Below, piece by piece: positions 41,001 to 53,215 of a stretch of 64,000 bases of DNA (within the stretch, counting starts at the first letter, position 1; every line of letters starts with the position of its first letter). The stretch is from Vulcanimicrobiota bacterium (lineage in GTDB: Bacteria; Vulcanimicrobiota; Vulcanimicrobiia; Vulcanimicrobiales; Vulcanimicrobiaceae): assembly GCA_963812155.1 (NCBI GenBank), contig CAWETW010000002.1, forward strand, positions 416,001-480,000, given 5' to 3'. The notes beneath the pieces were generated by a model, which saw nothing but the letters and a program-made list of their open reading frames with translations, was not told the origin of the DNA and did no database searches. The position numbers and the translations under genes were made by a program.

Positions 41001-43310
41001 CGGGGCGCCGGCCGCCAAATCACCGCTCGCCCAAACATGTCCGGTTTCCAGCGGCAGCCCGATTCCGCGCAGTTGGACGGCGCTCAAACGATTGGCGATC
41101 AGCGAGAGCGCGCCGTTCGACGCACCCGGCGAGAGTGCGAAGATGCCCGCGGCAACGACGTCGCCGCCGGCCGCTTGCGCGTGTGCGGAGTAGACGCGCA
41201 GACGATTGCCTTCGATGCCGAGCGTGATGCTCGCATCCGAAATCGGCACGCCGCGCAACGTGGCATCGCGCATCGCGAGGTGCGATGCTTGCACGACGAT
41301 GCCCGACGGCAGTACCGCAACGGCCGTTGGACCGGCTAATGCGCCGTGGGCGGGGATGGCGTTGCCGAGAAACGGCTGCAACCCCTCGAACGTGCCGCGA
41401 TACTCTCCGTTCGCGACGAACGCTTGCGTCGAGAAGGCGCCGCTGCCGGCGAACGCACCCCACGGTCCCGATGCCCGCAACCGGCCGATGTGCGCGTTGC
41501 CGAGCGTTCCGCCGAACGCTGCATCGATGCGATCGAAATGCATGCCGGCGATCGTCGCTCCGTTCGCCGCAACGTTTCCGGCCAGCACGATATCGTTGCC
41601 GGATCCGCCGCCGGCAACCGCAACGTTCGTGATGCGGCCGCCGATCGGGGGAACGGCGGGCAGCGCCATTCCCGGGAACTTCGTCGAGACCGCGCGCATG
41701 TGAAGATTGCTCGCGAGCGCCCAGAAGGCGCTCGTGGAGTGCGGACGATCGAGTGCGTATCCGCCGTCGAAATCGCCGCGCCCGGTATGCATCCAAAACG
41801 GCGCAATCGCCGCCGTGCCTTCGGGATCGAGCGCGAAGAGCGCCGCGACGCGGCCGGTGCCAAGCGCCGACGCGGCCGCGCCGCGCACGCGGAACGACGT
41901 ATTGTCGCCGGTGACCGCGGCGTCGACGAGCATCGGCTCGCGTCCGAGCATCTCGTCGAGATAGGGAAGCCGGTCGGCGGTGCCGGCGATATGGACGGCA
42001 AGACGCGAGTGCAGCCGCCCTGCGATGTCGAGCGTTCCGCGGATGCCGACGTCGGTTCCCTCGTAGCGCGCGCTCAGCGGCATCAGCGCCACGACGTTGT
42101 CGCGATACACGACGCCCGCGCGCAACGCATCGAACGGTAACTGACGATAGACGGCGCGCTTGGCCGCGCCTTGCGCGACGATCATCGGATTGTCGATTGG
42201 CCCTTGCACGAGAACGCCGAGATTGATGACGCCGGAAATCGGTTCGCGGCGCGTGAACGCAAACGCACTTCGCAGTGAGGCCAAGTCGCCCGTGCCGTAG
42301 ATGCCCAGCCGCAGTTGTGCGATGCCGGTCAAGTCGCCCGTTAAATCGTAGATGCCGCCCGCCATGTGCAGCGGGATGCCGGCCAGCGATGCATGGATAT
42401 GCTTCAGGAAAAAGGCGTTGTCGACGAGCTGCAAGCGGCCGTGGATCGCTTCGACGGGTGCGTCGAGCGCCGCAAGCGCCAGCGCACCGCCGTCGATGTC
42501 GAGCTGCAGGTTGGCATGGTACTCGGGCGTGACGTTCGGCTGCACGTCGAGCGAGTAGAGCCGTGCGTCGAAGTTGCGGGCACGCCCCTTGAGAATGCGC
42601 ACGACCGGCGTATCGGCGAAGTAATTCGCGAGCGCGCGCAGCGGAAAGCGTGCCGCGCGAGCGCGGTGCATGGCGTAGCCGCGTATCGCGTCCATCGTGC
42701 CGACGAGCGTGAAAGGCATGGGCCGGCTCCCCACGAGGAAGGAACCGCCCGCATCGTAGTGGGAGCGCCGGGCCGTGTCGATCGCTGCGTCGACGTTGAA
42801 GTGCACGATGCGAATGCGCTTGGCGCTGGCGTCGTAGGCCCTCGGCTCGAGCAACTCGAGCGACGCATCGTGCATGCGCAGATCGAAGCGAATCGGGACG
42901 TCGCTGACCACCTGCGGCGCCGGCGCCTGCGGCAGACGTCGCGCCGCGGCGGGAACGATGAAATTGTACGTACCGTCGGCAAACCGTTCGATCGTCAGCT
43001 TGGCATCCCGTACCTCGATGCCCACCAAGCCGAAACGATGCGCGCTACCCGGGAACAGATCGCGAAGCGAATACCGTACGTCGATGCGCGACGCCGAGAG
43101 CAGCGGAACGCCGTCGCGGGACACGCGCACGCCGGCAAAGGCTGCGTGACCGGCGCCGATATGCTGCTCGCCCAGCGCAACGGTATAACCGCTCGCCAAG
43201 AACGCCGCCGTCTCGAGGGTCCAGCGGACGGCGAGGTGGCGGAAGGCGATCGCCGTTCCGAACACGACGATCGCGACCGTTAGGCCGGTCAGCCACCAAC
43301 GTTTGCGCAC
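38064..43310 (-). CDS. tamB: TamB/AsmA-like bridge protein
   Basis: 1748 aa, N-terminal TM, beta-taco repeats, TamB-like C-terminus; adjacent to bamA. Confidence 0.82.
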   Translation of the reverse strand: MRKRWWLTGLTVAIVVFGTAIAFRHLAVRWTLETAAFLASGYTVALGEQHIGAGHAAFAGVRVSRDGVPLLSASRIDVRYSLRDLFPGSAHRFGLVGIEVRDAKLTIERFADGTYNFIVPAAARRLPQAPAPQVVSDVPIRFDLRMHDASLELLEPRAYDASAKRIRIVHFNVDAAIDTARRSHYDAGGSFLVGSRPMPFTLVGTMDAIRGYAMHRARAARFPLRALANYFADTPVVRILKGRARNFDARLYSLDVQPNVTPEYHANLQLDIDGGALALAALDAPVEAIHGRLQLVDNAFFLKHIHASLAGIPLHMAGGIYDLTGDLTGIAQLRLGIYGTGDLASLRSAFAFTRREPISGVINLGVLVQGPIDNPMIVAQGAAKRAVYRQLPFDALRAGVVYRDNVVALMPLSARYEGTDVGIRGTLDIAGRLHSRLAVHIAGTADRLPYLDEMLGREPMLVDAAVTGDNTSFRVRGAAASALGTGRVAALFALDPEGTAAIAPFWMHTGRGDFDGGYALDRPHSTSAFWALASNLHMRAVSTKFPGMALPAVPPIGGRITNVAVAGGGSGNDIVLAGNVAANGATIAGMHFDRIDAAFGGTLGNAHIGRLRASGPWGAFAGSGAFSTQAFVANGEYRGTFEGLQPFLGNAIPAHGALAGPTAVAVLPSGIVVQASHLAMRDATLRGVPISDASITLGIEGNRLRVYSAHAQAAGGDVVAAGIFALSPGASNGALSLIANRLSAVQLRGIGLPLETGHVWASGDLAAGAPLPSFGGGVTIAGGRVAQFALSGNGDVQLTGQTAYLHRVLGALGTTYARIGGSLGGLASNGPRYALTADVPAADIAGALRSFHLPNYATEGTFNANLTVGGAAAAPTVAGRVAVPAGSINGLRFVDGAAMLAADTRGVGARDGHVQVASTRVAFDAATTPGNSTLDVSAPHADLSDFNDYFDTGDTLDGNGSIKIAAAVSANRLSTSGNVTVRSFRYRNLPIGDTYASWSSARNVVDGSLAIGGDQGRLRAGGSVGFSPEASLYETLVRSRYDLHGTVSNLDLSLWVAALGFPTVPITGKASGSAMLRGRYPQFALRGDASVESGTLGPLTLDTATASVHSSGRRVVVDRAQLVTPGLSATAGGSLGLRPRDPLDLQIHAATDDLPRLVYQLARVKIPVAGSFESTLQVGGTFASPTFVAGLDASNVRAYDVGIESLFGQVRLHGRTLVLSNAGATFARGEASLAGSLPLELSPFRIGPPDQPLNVDVDVVGLDPGVFDAALGNNTKLGGTIDGHFGLSGTIRAPIVVGHAQLSKGSYASDLERTPISDATARLVFNRTGATFDRVFARLGSGTMTGSGNLTLPKGAGASAGYAFSAKVTARGAQLNLPAYGSGSLDAGFTLTKTPASTALLSGKLTLNDATLPFSAFIQAAANAPGTTALPFPPVGFDLNATAGKNVRVRGSGYGAGLDIGAAGTVHLGGTLASPQLGGSITSTGGTLTYFDRAFRVREGSVAFDPSDGIAPTIHAVATTNVVNPDPDRARNPYGSADITITVDGQIQGLKIAFTSNPPGYTREQVLSMIAPFGGFINGIAFNSQSPYQVQSPGGITPYGALSPLPPGAYQTHNGTITAGQEAFNLLNAQFAAGLLSPLENAIGSGLGLSSVNLTLGYYGNVGVSATRLLGKSVSAVYATTFGLPQIQSFGVKYNPSAFTSATLSFYYQTGPIKLFEQPVTVLGSSNQLLLLPLLGTNGFSFSLQRYL

Positions 43311-43413
43311 GCCCAGGAACCTCGCATTCCTTTACCCTTCGGCAAGCGGCGACTCCCTGCCGCCACATCCTTACGTTTCAATGAGGAAGCCCCTGAGCTT
43401 CCCTTAAAGCCGG

Positions 43414-46161
<2,748 letters not shown>

Positions 46162-46168
<7 letters not shown>

Positions 46169-47271
46169 GCCGCTGCCGCAATGCGCGCGCCGCTTACGAC
46201 GCGCACGTGCGCGCTGGGGGGGAGCGCCTTGGGTACGTGCGTCGCCGTGACGAACGCCTGCTCGTAGTCGCCGACGCCGGCCAGAAACGCGGCCGCGCGT
46301 TCTTCGTCCAGCTCGGAGAGAACGTCGTCGAGCAACAACAGCGGCGCCTCGGCGGCGCGCTCGCGAGACACCGCGTACTCGGCCACCTTCAATGCCAGCA
46401 CGGCCGTGCGCTGTTGTCCCTGCGACCCGTAGACCGCCAGCGAACGCCCGTCGAGCGCGAGCGCGAGATCGTCGCGGTGCGGACCCGCCACCGAAGACTT
46501 CCGGGCGCGTTCCGAAGCCGCGACGTGCTGCAGCCGCGTCGCTATGGCGGCCTCGACCGCTTCCGGCGTTGCGGTGTCGAAAGGAACGTTCGGCTCGTAC
46601 TCGACCGCCAGTGACTCCGCCCCGTTGGTGAAGCGCGCGTGCGCATCGCGCGCCGCGCGCGCGAGCGCCTCGACGAACGCGGCCCGCGCGAGCACGATGT
46701 GCGTTCCGGCGGCAACGAGTTCGCGATCGTACACGGCCAGCAACTCCGGATCGCCGGGATCCTCAGCACGAAGCAAGGCGTTCTTCTGTTGCAGCGCTTT
46801 ACGATAGCGCGCCAACTCGCGGTAGTATGCCGGGTCTTCTTGTGCGAGCGCGACGTTGAGAAATGCACGCCGCTGACTCGGCGCCCCGGCGGCCAGTTGC
46901 AGATCGGCCGGCACGAAGGTCACGACGCGCAACTTGCCGAGGAAACTCGAGTAGCGGACGGGACGGCCGTTGAGGGTGTAGGTTTTGCGGGTGCTGCGAT
47001 GTCCTTTCGCGATCGTGCAGGCGAGGTTCACGCTGCCGGCACTCACGCGGCCTTCGCCGGAAATCGTTGCGGTTTCGGCGCCGTAGCGCACCGCGTCGGC
47101 GTCGCGGCTGGTCCGAAACGACTTTCCGGTGCCCAGCATCGCGATCGCTTCCAACAGATTACTCTTCCCTTGCGCATTGGCTCCGACGTACAGATTCAAC
47201 CCCGGCGCGGGCTCGACGTCGAGTTCGCCGTAGTTGCGAAAGTCGAAGAGCCGCACGTGCGTCAGCCGCAC
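46162..47271 (-). CDS. recF: DNA repair protein RecF
   Basis: FRNY, GANAQGKSNLLEAI, GPHRDD, GSQGQQRT, LLLDDVLSELD. Confidence 0.97.
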
Positions 47272-47289
47272 GAGCTCACGAGGACGGCC

Positions 47290-48405
47290 TTATTGGCGCA
47301 ACGGCATGAGGACGTACAGCTGCTGCCCGGAGTCGAGCGGCTCGAGCGGTCGAATCGCGGCCGGTGAAAGCGGCCCGAGAAATTCGACGACCGTCTTGTC
47401 GCTCTTGACGTGATTGAGAATCTCAACCAAGTAACGCGCGTTGAACGCGATCGAAAGATCCTCGCCGGTCTGCTCGATTTCGAGTTCTTCGTACGCCGTA
47501 CCGGAGACGTCGGAGTTGGCGGTGACGACGAGCGTTTGGTTCGATATCGCGAGCTTTACCATGCTCGCGCGGTCGCCGGCGACGAGTTCGGCGCGACGCA
47601 GGCTGCCGATCAGCGCAGCCGTCGCGACGGTCATCGTGCGGTCGAACTTCGCCGGTATGACTTGCTGGTAGTTGGGATACTGCCCGTCCACGAGGCGGAC
47701 CGTAATGGAGACGTCGCCGGCGGTCATCTGCAACTGATTGCTCTGGGCTCCGAGCGCGCTGACCGCGATCGTTTCGCCGGCGCCGAGATTGCGCGACGTT
47801 TCGGCGAGCGCGCGCGACGGCACGATGTATTTTTCGCTGCCGGTAATGCCGTCGTCGAGCGTCGTGACGAATTTCGCCAGACGGTATCCGTCGGTCGCAA
47901 CCATCGTCAACGACGCGCCTTCGATCTCGAGCAGGGTGCCCATGAGGACCGCGCCGCGTGCTTCTTCACTCGAAGCGGCGAAGATCGTGCCGTCGATGGC
48001 GTCGCGAAACTTCTTCGCGGCAATCGTGAAGTGCGACCCGCGCGTTGCCGCCGGCAGCGGGGGATACTCCTCGGCCGGCAAGGCGTGAAAATCGTAGTTG
48101 CTGCGCTCGCACTTGATGCCGGCGCGCGTCGGCGTGCCGGTCAGCTCGAGCGTGCCGGTCGGGAGATTCCCCAAGTAGCTCGAGAACAGTTTGGCCGGAA
48201 CGGTGACCGACCCGGACTCGCTGATGTCGGCCGGAAAGGCGTGCTCGAGGGTGAGTTCTAGATCGGTGGCGCGCACCGCGATCTTCCCTTCCTCTGCCTG
48301 CAACAGCACGTTGGAGAGGATTGGGACGGTCGTATGTGCGTTGACGACCTTGCTGGCTGCCCCCACCGCGGAAGCGATGTCTTTGGTATTACACGTAAAC
48401 TTCAT
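47290..48405 (-). CDS. dnaN: DNA polymerase III beta clamp
   Basis: PILSNV, ATDLE, VATDGYRL, RL.DG.YPNY, IAFNARY, YVLMPLR. Confidence 0.97.
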   Translation of the reverse strand: MKFTCNTKDIASAVGAASKVVNAHTTVPILSNVLLQAEEGKIAVRATDLELTLEHAFPADISESGSVTVPAKLFSSYLGNLPTGTLELTGTPTRAGIKCERSNYDFHALPAEEYPPLPAATRGSHFTIAAKKFRDAIDGTIFAASSEEARGAVLMGTLLEIEGASLTMVATDGYRLAKFVTTLDDGITGSEKYIVPSRALAETSRNLGAGETIAVSALGAQSNQLQMTAGDVSITVRLVDGQYPNYQQVIPAKFDRTMTVATAALIGSLRRAELVAGDRASMVKLAISNQTLVVTANSDVSGTAYEELEIEQTGEDLSIAFNARYLVEILNHVKSDKTVVEFLGPLSPAAIRPLEPLDSGQQLYVLMPLRQ

Positions 48406-48427
48406 TTTCTACCGTTTCTACCGTTTC
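48406..48427. repeat. 9-bp tandem repeat (TTTCTACCG x2.4) directly before the dnaN start
   Basis: TTTCTACCG TTTCTACCG TTTC. Confidence 0.6.
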
Positions 48428-48447
48428 AAGCGTGCGGTACTCGGGAG

Positions 48448-48503
48448 AATTTATATTTATACTAGAGCCGTAACAGCAGTAGGGCGGTGCATTCTGAGGA
48501 CAA
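48448..48503 (-). other. oriC unwinding module (DnaA boxes, GC patch, DnaA-trios, AT-rich tract)
   Basis: Minus strand TTGTCCTCA-GAATGCACC-GCCC-TAC TGC TGT TAC GGC-TCTAGTATAAATATAAATT in the dnaA-dnaN spacer. Confidence 0.75.
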
Positions 48504-48666
48504 GTGCCCAACGGCACGCCGTGGCGGGGCAATGCGCCGGGAATAAGGTGTGGACGCGTCGCGGCGCGCGATGCACATATGCACGTCATGAAAGCTGCGC
48601 AATGAGTTATCCCTGCAGGCGCCGCCGCCCTGTGCGCACGCTGTGGCGAGCGCGGGCGGACGCGGG

Positions 48667-50019
48667 CTAAGGATTCTGACACATGGCGACGAGCTGACGG
48701 ATCTTGTTCCGATACGCCTCGTCACGTTCCATCTGGTCTTTGATCTTGTCGCGCGCGTACATGACCGTCGTATGGTCTTTCTTCCCGAACTCCCGCGCGA
48801 TCTGCGGCAGCGAATACTCGGTGAGCACGGTTGCGACGTACATCGCGATCTGGCGGGGCGCCGCCAGGCGCTGATCCCGCCGCCCGTTGTCCATCTCCTT
48901 CACGGTCAGCCCGTGGGCACCGGCGACGGTTTCCTTGATCTTCGCGATCGTGACCCGCTGGAGCGGCGCGTTGGCAACGGCGCTCTTGAGCACTTCGGCA
49001 GCGAGATCGATGGTGATCGGCGAGCGCGTCAGCGAGGCGTAGGCAACGACCCGAATCAGGGCGCCTTCGAGTTCGCGGATGTTCGACGGGATGACCTTAG
49101 CGATGAACGAGGTCACCTCGTCGGGGACGGGGATCTTTTCGCTCTCGGCCTTCTTGCGCAAGATGGCTTCCCGAGTCTCGAGGTCCGGTGCCTGGATGTC
49201 GGTGAGCAGACCCCATTCGAAGCGCGATCGAAGGCGTGACTCGAGCGTCTGGATTTCCTTGGGTGGACGATCCGAGGAGATGATTAACTGACGCCCGGAT
49301 TCGTGCAGAGCGTTGAATGTATGGAAGAACTCTTCTTGCGTGGTTTCCTTTCCGGCCAAGAACTGAATGTCGTCGATGAGAAGCACGTCGACTTGGCGAT
49401 AGCGATTGCGGAACTCGGGCGTCCGGTTGTTTTGCAGCGCGATAATAAATTCGTTGGTGAACTTTTCGCACGTAAGATACACGACGTTGGCGCTGGGGTT
49501 GTCGAGCATGACGCGATGGCCGATTGCGTGCATCAGGTGCGTCTTGCCCAATCCGACGCCGCCGTAGAGAAACAGCGGATTATAGGCACGCGCGGGCGCG
49601 CTCGCAACCGCCTGCGAAGCTGCGTGGGCGAAGCGGTTGGAATTGCCGACGACGAACTCCTCAAACGTATAGCGGACGTTGAGGTTGGCGGTGCGCAGCT
49701 CTTCGGGGGCGCGCGCCGAGTGCGGCGGAACGGCGGCCGTCGTTTCGACGGGTTCCGCTACCGACAACCGCAACTCGAGATCGGTTCCGAAGACGGCTCT
49801 TAATACGTCGATAATCTGCGCTTGCAGTTTCGTACCGACCCACTCGCGCGCAAACTTGCTGTGCACGGCGAGATGCAACTCGTTTCCGTGCAGACCGACG
49901 AAGCGCATCGGCTTGATCCACATCTCGAATACGGGTTTGGAAAAACTCGCTTCGAGCGTTCCCAACGCCGACTGCCACAATTCGTTCGAGACGTCGGAAT
50001 TGCCGAGCGCAAGCGCCAT
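48667..50019 (-). CDS. dnaA: Chromosomal replication initiator
   Basis: YNPLFLYGGVGLGKTHL, LLIDDIQF, QEEFFHTFN, NIRELEGAL, DHTTV. Confidence 0.98.
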   Translation of the reverse strand: MALALGNSDVSNELWQSALGTLEASFSKPVFEMWIKPMRFVGLHGNELHLAVHSKFAREWVGTKLQAQIIDVLRAVFGTDLELRLSVAEPVETTAAVPPHSARAPEELRTANLNVRYTFEEFVVGNSNRFAHAASQAVASAPARAYNPLFLYGGVGLGKTHLMHAIGHRVMLDNPSANVVYLTCEKFTNEFIIALQNNRTPEFRNRYRQVDVLLIDDIQFLAGKETTQEEFFHTFNALHESGRQLIISSDRPPKEIQTLESRLRSRFEWGLLTDIQAPDLETREAILRKKAESEKIPVPDEVTSFIAKVIPSNIRELEGALIRVVAYASLTRSPITIDLAAEVLKSAVANAPLQRVTIAKIKETVAGAHGLTVKEMDNGRRDQRLAAPRQIAMYVATVLTEYSLPQIAREFGKKDHTTVMYARDKIKDQMERDEAYRNKIRQLVAMCQNP

Positions 50020-50111
50020 CTTCTACATCCTCTATCGTCTGAGAAATTGAGCTGCCCCCAGCCCGGGAGGGCGCAAACTCTTGGCTTAATGAAGCGGTGC
50101 TCCTGCGAGGA

Positions 50112-50301
50112 ATATGCACGACTTTATGCACTTATCCACAGGGCACCCGTTACGATGTTTCCGGCTCTTTTCGGCACTATGAACCGGGCCGGCGGCCATC
50201 CCCCGAAGCGCGAAATGATCATATGCAGCCGTCGTTTCCGGGACCGTCTCGAGGCCCTCCGGGACGAATTTTTCCACAGGGTTGTCCACATGTGTGGAGA
50301 G
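50112..50301. promoter_or_regulatory. DnaA box cluster upstream of dnaA
   Basis: Perfect TTATCCACA 50132-50140; TTTTCCACA 50270-50278; TTGTCCACA 50282-50290; inverted TGTGGAGAG 50293-50301; degenerate TTATGCACT 50124-50132. Confidence 0.85.
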
Positions 50302-50461
50302 CGGGTTCGCGGGCGCGCCTTCAAACGCCGCGAGGGTGCCGCACCCGGGCCGGATCGACGCCCTTTCACGCGGGTCTAGGCAAGCGTCCGGACGGGAAGG
50401 GCGCCAGGACCGCTCGAGGCGATTGGGTAGCACGTCGTCGCGGGTGACCGGAGGATAGGCC

Positions 50462-51478
50462 ATGCTCTGGCGCTCGTTCTCGTTTGCCCGGCAGCCGTTG
50501 TGGGCTGCACTCCTGCTCGCCGGAGCCGGCTGCGCCGGCAACGCAGCCCCCGCGGCTCCTTCGCCGGCAACGCTTCTGCAAGCCGATGCGACGCCGAGCG
50601 CGCTTGCGCCCGCGATCGTCGTTGGAAATTATAGCGGCGCAAACATTCTCAAATTCGCGCTCGACGCGAAGGGTAACGTTTCGCCGACCGCGGTGATCTC
50701 GGGACCGCGAACCGGCATCGAACACGCCGACAACGTCGCGCTCGATACGAGCTTTCGCACGTACGCGTCGATCAACGGCAAGACGATCGCAGCGTATTCG
50801 GCCGATGCGCACGGAAATGCGAAACCCGTCCGCACGATTGCGGGCGGCAATACGCAGCTGGCGTTTCCAATCGGCGTCGCGGTGGACTCGGCGGGGTATT
50901 TGTACGTCGCCGACTGCGGCTACGGGAACGTGAAAGTCTACGCTCCGGGCGCAAACGGAAACGTTTCGCCGATTCGCGTCATCGGGTTGACCAGCGGCTG
51001 CACGATTCAACTCGCGGTCGATAAAACCGACCAACTCTACGTGACCTCGGGCGACAACCTCATTTCGGAGTTTTCTTCCGAATCCAACGGCAACGCGCTG
51101 CTGCGCACGATTTCGGAAGGAAAGGGCTCGGGCGGCATCGGCATTCGTTCCATTGCGGTCGACGGCCGCGGTTATGTGTACGCCGGCAATCTGTTGGCGA
51201 AAGACATTCGCGTCTTCGCGCCGCACGCGCAAGGATTCGCGAAACCCGTGCGCACGATCGGTGGTTCGAACACGCACCTCGGCGCGGCGACGGGCTTAGC
51301 GCTCGATGCATCCAACAACCTGTACGCGACGATATGCCGCCATTGCTCGCAGGGTTCGGGTACCGACAGCATCGTGGTCTTTGGCCCGGGCGCAAAAGGT
51401 AATGTGAAGCCCGACCGCGTCATCGAGGGGAAGAACACGATGCTCTCATCCCCGACCGATCTCGTCGTACGGCAATAG
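50462..51478 (+). CDS. NHL-repeat/beta-propeller lipoprotein
   Basis: Lipobox AGC; repeats P.GVAVD..G.LYVAD and F/YAPGA.GNV.P.R.I.G.NT.L; GGAGG RBS. Confidence 0.85.
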   Translation: MLWRSFSFARQPLWAALLLAGAGCAGNAAPAAPSPATLLQADATPSALAPAIVVGNYSGANILKFALDAKGNVSPTAVISGPRTGIEHADNVALDTSFRTYASINGKTIAAYSADAHGNAKPVRTIAGGNTQLAFPIGVAVDSAGYLYVADCGYGNVKVYAPGANGNVSPIRVIGLTSGCTIQLAVDKTDQLYVTSGDNLISEFSSESNGNALLRTISEGKGSGGIGIRSIAVDGRGYVYAGNLLAKDIRVFAPHAQGFAKPVRTIGGSNTHLGAATGLALDASNNLYATICRHCSQGSGTDSIVVFGPGAKGNVKPDRVIEGKNTMLSSPTDLVVRQ

Positions 51479-51585
51479 AGGGCTCGCCCCGGCGCCTCCG
51501 ACGATTTTTTCCGCCTCTCGACCGACTACCTGAGCGTCTACCGGTACATCCTCAAGGACCTGCGGTCGGTCCCCTAGCGCGCGCC

Positions 51586-51615
51586 TTGCCACGGGCGCCC
51601 GCCTCCTGGTATAGT
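51586..51615 (+). promoter_or_regulatory. Sigma70-type promoter of rpmA
   Basis: TTGCCA(51586-51591)-N18-TATAGT(51610-51615) with extended TGn. Confidence 0.7.
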
Positions 51616-51624
51616 AGCCCGGCT

Positions 51625-51903
51625 ATGTTCGTCTTCGATCTCCAGCTCTTCGCCTCGAAGAAGGGCGCCGGTTCCACGCGCAACGGTCGCGACTCCAACG
51701 CGCAGCGCTTGGGCGTCAAGCGCTTCGGCGGCGAGAACGTCATCGCCGGCAACATCATCGTGCGCCAGCGCGGCACGCGGTTTTACGCGGGTCAGAACGT
51801 CGGCATCGGCCGCGACCACACGCTGTTTGCGCTGGTCGACGGCACGGTGCAGTTCTCGAACCGCCGCAACCGCAAGTACGTCGACATTCGCCCGGCCGCG
51901 TAA
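51625..51903 (+). CDS. rpmA: 50S ribosomal protein L27 with N-terminal extension
   Basis: [40 protein letters not shown]. Confidence 0.97.
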   Translation: MFVFDLQLFASKKGAGSTRNGRDSNAQRLGVKRFGGENVIAGNIIVRQRGTRFYAGQNVGIGRDHTLFALVDGTVQFSNRRNRKYVDIRPAA

Positions 51904-51949
51904 GCGACCGGCATCTTTTCTGGCGCGCGCGCCGAAGCAGAACGGCGGC

Positions 51950-53215
51950 GTGCAGTTCATCGATGAAGCCGTGATTGCCGTCGCCGCCGGGAAGGGCGGG
52001 GACGGCATCGTTGCATGGCGGCGGGAAAAGTATATTCCCAAAGGCGGCCCTGCCGGCGGTGACGGCGGCCACGGCGGCAGCGTCTACCTGCAAGCCGACT
52101 CGGAACTCTCGACGCTCGTTGAGTTTCGCTACAAGCGGAGCTTCGCAGCGGAGTCCGGCCGGCCGGGCGGCACCTCGAACAAATCCGGCAAGAGCGGCGA
52201 CGACTTGACGATTGCCGTGCCCGCGGGAACGCTCGTCTACCGGACGCTCGAAGGGAAAACGGAAGCCTATTTCGCCGATCTCGACGTTCCCGGCGAACGG
52301 CTGCTCGTCGCCAAGGGCGGACGCGGCGGTCTCGGCAACCAGCACTTCGCAACCAGCGTCCGCCAAGCGCCGCGCTTTGCCGAGCGGGGCGAGCCCGGGG
52401 AGCATTGCGCGTTACGGCTCGAACTGCGCCTGCTGGCCGATTGCGGCGTCGTCGGCGTTCCCAATGCCGGCAAATCGACGCTGCTTTCGGTGGTTTCGGC
52501 GGCCCGTCCGAAAATCGCCGACTATCCGTTTACCACGATCGAACCGCAGCTCGGCGTGGTGCGCGTCTCCGACGAAGAATCGTTCGTGATGGTCGACGTT
52601 CCCGGCCTGATCGAAGGCGCGCACGCCGGTGCCGGTCTCGGCGATCAATTCCTCAAGCACGTCGAGCGCACGCGCGCGCTCGTGCATCTGCTCGACGGCG
52701 CCAAGCCCCTCGACGACATACTTCACGACAAAACGATGATCGAGCGCGAGTTGGAAGCGTGGAATCCGAAACTGCTCGAGAAGCCGGCGCTTCTCGTCGT
52801 GAACAAAATCGATCTGCCCGACGCGCGCGAACGGCTCGCCGAACTGCGCGAGCGATTTCCCGGGATTTCCGGCATCAGCGCGGCGACGCGCGAAGGCGTG
52901 CGCGAACTCGTTTTTGCGGTCGCCCGCACCGTCGAGCTGGCGCCGGTTCCCGAAGTCGTCGCGCCGGCGCCGGCGACCATCGAACTGCTGCCGTCGGACG
53001 CCTTCGTGCTCGTGCGCGGCAGCGACGGCGCTTTCGAATTGTCGGGCAAGCGTATCGAGCGGCTCGCCGCGATGACGAACTTCGACTCCGACGAGTCGCT
53101 CGCGCGCTTCGAACGCGCGCTCGCAAAAATGGGCGTCGAAAAGAAATTGCGCGACATGGGCGCCGCGCAAGGGGATACCGTCCGCATCGGGACGTACGAA
53201 TTCACGTACTCATGA
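51950..53215 (+). CDS. obg: GTPase Obg/CgtA with C-terminal OCT domain
   Basis: F.D...GGDGG.GG, G.PNAGKSTL, ADYPFTT, D.PGLIEGA, NKID, GDTVRIG.YEF. Confidence 0.97.
   Translation: MQFIDEAVIAVAAGKGGDGIVAWRREKYIPKGGPAGGDGGHGGSVYLQADSELSTLVEFRYKRSFAAESGRPGGTSNKSGKSGDDLTIAVPAGTLVYRTLEGKTEAYFADLDVPGERLLVAKGGRGGLGNQHFATSVRQAPRFAERGEPGEHCALRLELRLLADCGVVGVPNAGKSTLLSVVSAARPKIADYPFTTIEPQLGVVRVSDEESFVMVDVPGLIEGAHAGAGLGDQFLKHVERTRALVHLLDGAKPLDDILHDKTMIERELEAWNPKLLEKPALLVVNKIDLPDARERLAELRERFPGISGISAATREGVRELVFAVARTVELAPVPEVVAPAPATIELLPSDAFVLVRGSDGAFELSGKRIERLAAMTNFDSDESLARFERALAKMGVEKKLRDMGAAQGDTVRIGTYEFTYS

Noticed and set aside
43385..43402. Hairpin GGAAGC-N6-GCTTCC after gyrB as an intrinsic terminator
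   Set aside because: Only a 6-bp stem with no U-tract on the coding strand.
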